Assembly (NCBI RefSeq): GCF_963921235.1
Contig: NC_086108.1
Coordinates: 107,696,001-107,760,000, forward strand
Direction: 5' to 3'
Origin: Mobula hypostoma
Taxonomy: Eukaryota
Length of the DNA stretch: 64,000 bases
Shown: positions 60,879 through 64,000 of the stretch, piece after piece
How the letters are laid out: each line of letters opens with the position of its first letter
Position numbering within the stretch: position 1 is the first letter of the stretch
The notes under the pieces: generated by a model
Seen by the model: the letters and a program-made list of their open reading frames with translations, nothing else
Databases searched by the model: none
Told to the model about the DNA's origin: nothing
Program-made: the position numbers and the translations under genes

Positions 60879-61596
60879 AGCTAGATGAATACATTGCCAG
60901 CAAAAGTGATTGAGGCAGATACAATAGGGTCTTTTAAGAGACTATTAGATAGGTAGAAAATAGAGGGCAATGCAGTAGGGAAATTCTAGGCAGTTCTAGA
61001 GTAGGTTACATGGTCGGCACAACATTGTGGGCCGAAGGGCCTGTAATGTGCTGTAAATGTCTATGTTCTATGTTCCACGAACAGATGGATAAATAGATAG
61101 ATAGATAGGCAGGCAGATAAATAGACAGATAGAGGGATAGACAGACAGACAGATAGATAGGCCAATAGAAAGATAATGCTGAGAACAGGAGTTGTAGAGT
61201 CATTGAAAATGAGTCATCAGATGTGGACCAATCACAAACGAGAAAATCTGCAGATGCTGGAACTCCGAGCAACACACACAAAATGCTGGAGGAACTCTGC
61301 AGGCCGGACAGCATCTATGGAAAAGAGTACAGCTGACGTTTTGGGCTGAGACCCTTCATCAAGACAGGATAAACAGATGAGGAGTCAGAGTAAGAAAGTG
61401 GGGGGAGGGAAGGAAGAAACATTTTTCCAGTAGGTCAGTTTCCTTCCCCTCCCCCCACACACAATGGAATCTTGTGATCTTGTGTGCTCCATTAGAATGG
61501 TTTCACACCAGGTTTGCTCCTCGCGCTTTTGCAACTGAGGGCTGGAAGCAGAGCTGGGGAGAGCTGAAAGCTGTTTTGCCTGAGTTTGCCACTTAC

Positions 61597-61686
61597 CGTG
61601 CATCAGCATCTCAGGAGCTATTCCTTGTAATCCCTCATGCTTCCGTGTTGCTGGCTCATCAATTACTGGCTGGATGAGTTGTTGCT
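61597..61686 (-). other. Candidate 90-bp exon (unverified)
   Basis: ttatgttcccctgatacccAG|...CACG|GTAAGT; open phase 1-1 frame QQLIQPVIDEPATRKHEGLQGIAPEMLMH in non-repeat DNA. Confidence 0.2.
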
Positions 61687-62599
61687 CTGGGTATCAGGGG
61701 AACATAACTCGTGGGCTAACCTCAGATGGTAGTAATTATCATTCCTCACCCCACTGGAGTGAATGGAAAGCAAATGATGATGGAAGAACAGTCTTATTCA
61801 GGCAACCAGGATCAGAATTTGGTTTATTATCACTGACATATGTTGTGAAATTCGTTGTTTTGCAGCAGTACAGTGCAATACATAAAAATCACTGCAAGTT
61901 CCAATAAGGATGGTCATTCAGTACCTCCTGTACTTAATAAAGTCCCCACTGAGTGAATGTTTTTGTTATGCTTGTGGTTCATGTTATGTTCGTGCGGCTG
62001 TAGCCCATCCACTTCAAGGTTCAACATATGCGTTCAGAGATGCTCTTCTGCACACCACTGCTGTAACGTGTGGTTATTTGAGTTACTGTTGCCTTCCCGT
62101 CAGCTTGAGCCAGTCTGGCCATCCTCCTCTCACTCCTCTCACCTCTCTCACCTCTCTCATTCACAAGGCAGTTTTGCCCACAAAACTGCCACTCGCTGGA
62201 CCTTTTTTTGCTTTTCGTACCATTCTTTGTTAACTCTAGAGGCTTGTTTGTCCAAATCCCAGGAGATCAGCAGTATCTGAGATACACCACACCATCTGGT
62301 ACCAACAATCATTCCACGGTCAAAGTCACTTAGATCACATTTCTTCCCCATTTTGATGTTTGATCTGAACAACAACTAAACCTCTTGACCATGGCTGCAA
62401 TTATGCTTTAATGCATTGAGTTGCTGTCACATGATTTGCTGATCAGATATTTGTATTAACGAGCGGGTGTACCTAATAAAGTGGCCACTGAGCGTCATAT
62501 TGTGAAATTTGTTCTTTTGAGGCAGTGGTACAGTGCAGATATAAAAATTACCATAAGTACAAAAAGAATATATAAATTAAATAAATGATGAGGTACTGT

Positions 62600-63525
62600 T
62601 CATGGGTTCATGGACCATCTAGAAACCTGATCGCAGAGGGTAAGAAAGTTCGAAGTAAATTTATTATCAAGTTACATATATCACCATATACAACACTGAG
62701 ATTCATTTTCTTGAGGGCATACTCAATATATCGAATAACCATAATATAATCAATGAAAGACCGCACTGAACAGAGCAGAGGACCAGTGTGCAAAAGACAA
62801 CAAACTGCAAATGCAAGAAAAAGGGAATAAAAGTAATTAATAAATAAGCAATAGATATCGAGAACATGAAATGAAGAGTCCTTGAGAGTGGGTCCATAGG
62901 TTGTGAGAACAGTTGTGGAGAGTGAAGTTATTTCCACTGGTTCAATAGCCTGATGGTTGAGGGGTTGTAACTGTTCCTGATCCTGGTGTTGTGAGTTATG
63001 AAGCTGATGGCAGCAGTGAGAAGAGAGCATGGCCTGGGTGGTGGGGGTCCCTGATGATGGATGCTGCTTTTCTGTGACAACACTCGATATAGCTCTATGG
63101 TGGGGAGGGCATTACCCATGATGCACTGGGCCATATCCACTACTTTTTGCAGGATTTTTTGTTCAAGGGCTTTGATGTTTCCATACCAGGACCTGACGCA
63201 GCCACTTATCTTAGTTCCTAAAGAGTTGAGTGTGTGTCTTCAGGCTCCTGTACCACCTCCTTGCTGGTAGTAATAAGAAGAAGGCCTCTTCTGAATGGTG
63301 AGGGTCCTTCATAATAGATGCCACCTTCCATGCCTTTTGAAGGTGTCCTCAATGCAGGAGGGGCTAGTGGCTTTGATGGAGATGGATGAGTTTCCAGCCC
63401 TCTGCAGCTTTTTCTGATCCCGCGCATTAGCACCTCCATACCTGGCAGTGATGAAACCACTTGGAATGCTCTCCGCAGTATGTCGAACTTTGCTAAAGGC
63501 TTTGATGAGTATATAGGATTACTCA
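62600..63525 (-). mobile_element. Nested Rex/Babar 3' fragments
   Basis: AQCIMGNALPTIE, agcagcatccatcatcagggacccc, aataaattt tails. Confidence 0.7.
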
Positions 63526-63649
63526 ATTATAATGCTGCATCACAATGAATCTCCTGACATCAAGCATAGTGACTGACTTGTAGAGAAGAAGTTGGCTGCC
63601 ATCTGAGTTATGACCTCTTGGTCTGTACTTTCATAATAATAGTCATATC

Positions 63650-64000
63650 CTATTTATAGAGCGCTTTTTGTATAGATGATATAGTTCAAACTGCTTTACA
63701 ATGGAATAAAGTTCCAACATGAAAATAGAATAGAAATAAACACAAAACTAAAGACAAAAAGATGTTAGTTAAGATAAGGGTTAAATCAATACGTTTTGAG
63801 CTGGTGTTTAAAAGTGTCATCTGAGTCTGCATCCCTTATAGTTTTAGGTATTGAGTTCCACAGTTTGGGATCGTAAGTCAAAAAGCTGACCTGCCAATTA
63901 TCCTTTGAGAGAGATTGTTTAAATTTAAGACCCCGATGGAAGAAGAACCCAGAGTTCGAGCAGGATTATAAAATGAAAATGATTCTGTGATGTATTCTGG
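63650..64000 (-). mobile_element. L2-like LINE 3' end (runs off the window)
   Basis: GRSAF..PKLWNSIP..DTFKHQLKTY, followed by gtaaagca..ttg..aaagcgctctataaat tail. Confidence 0.7.

Overview
Eukaryotic, repeat-saturated vertebrate DNA with no confidently identifiable host gene, so probably intronic or intergenic. The repeat repertoire (HE1-like V-SINEs, esterase-ORF1 CR1s, Rex/Babar, Neptune-like Penelope elements) suggests a cartilaginous fish, possibly a ray; this is inference. Main contents: a near-full-length young CR1 LINE (4062-8560; open 932-codon APE+RT ORF2, ORF1 broken by one stop) and a second decayed CR1 (about 17140-22090) carrying a 1-kb C/T-only tract. There is also a Tc1 IR-DR transposon (8898-11495) with a Chapaev3 remnant nested in its right TIR, a 2.8-kb foldback Penelope-like insertion with 1.1-kb arms, a Rex/Babar LINE, an R4/Dong-like LINE, an L2 tail, solo LTRs, two hAT-like elements with 6-bp TSDs and many SINEs. 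The most notable signals are structural: minimal hammerhead ribozyme motifs in Penelope ends, a size series of Penelope foldbacks from 2.8 kb to 100 bp with the same asymmetry, an HDV-like ribozyme fold in a non-autonomous RTE derivative, and a composite mini-MITE-bracketed insertion. Family names come from motif recognition, not database searches, and boundaries of decayed repeats are approximate.
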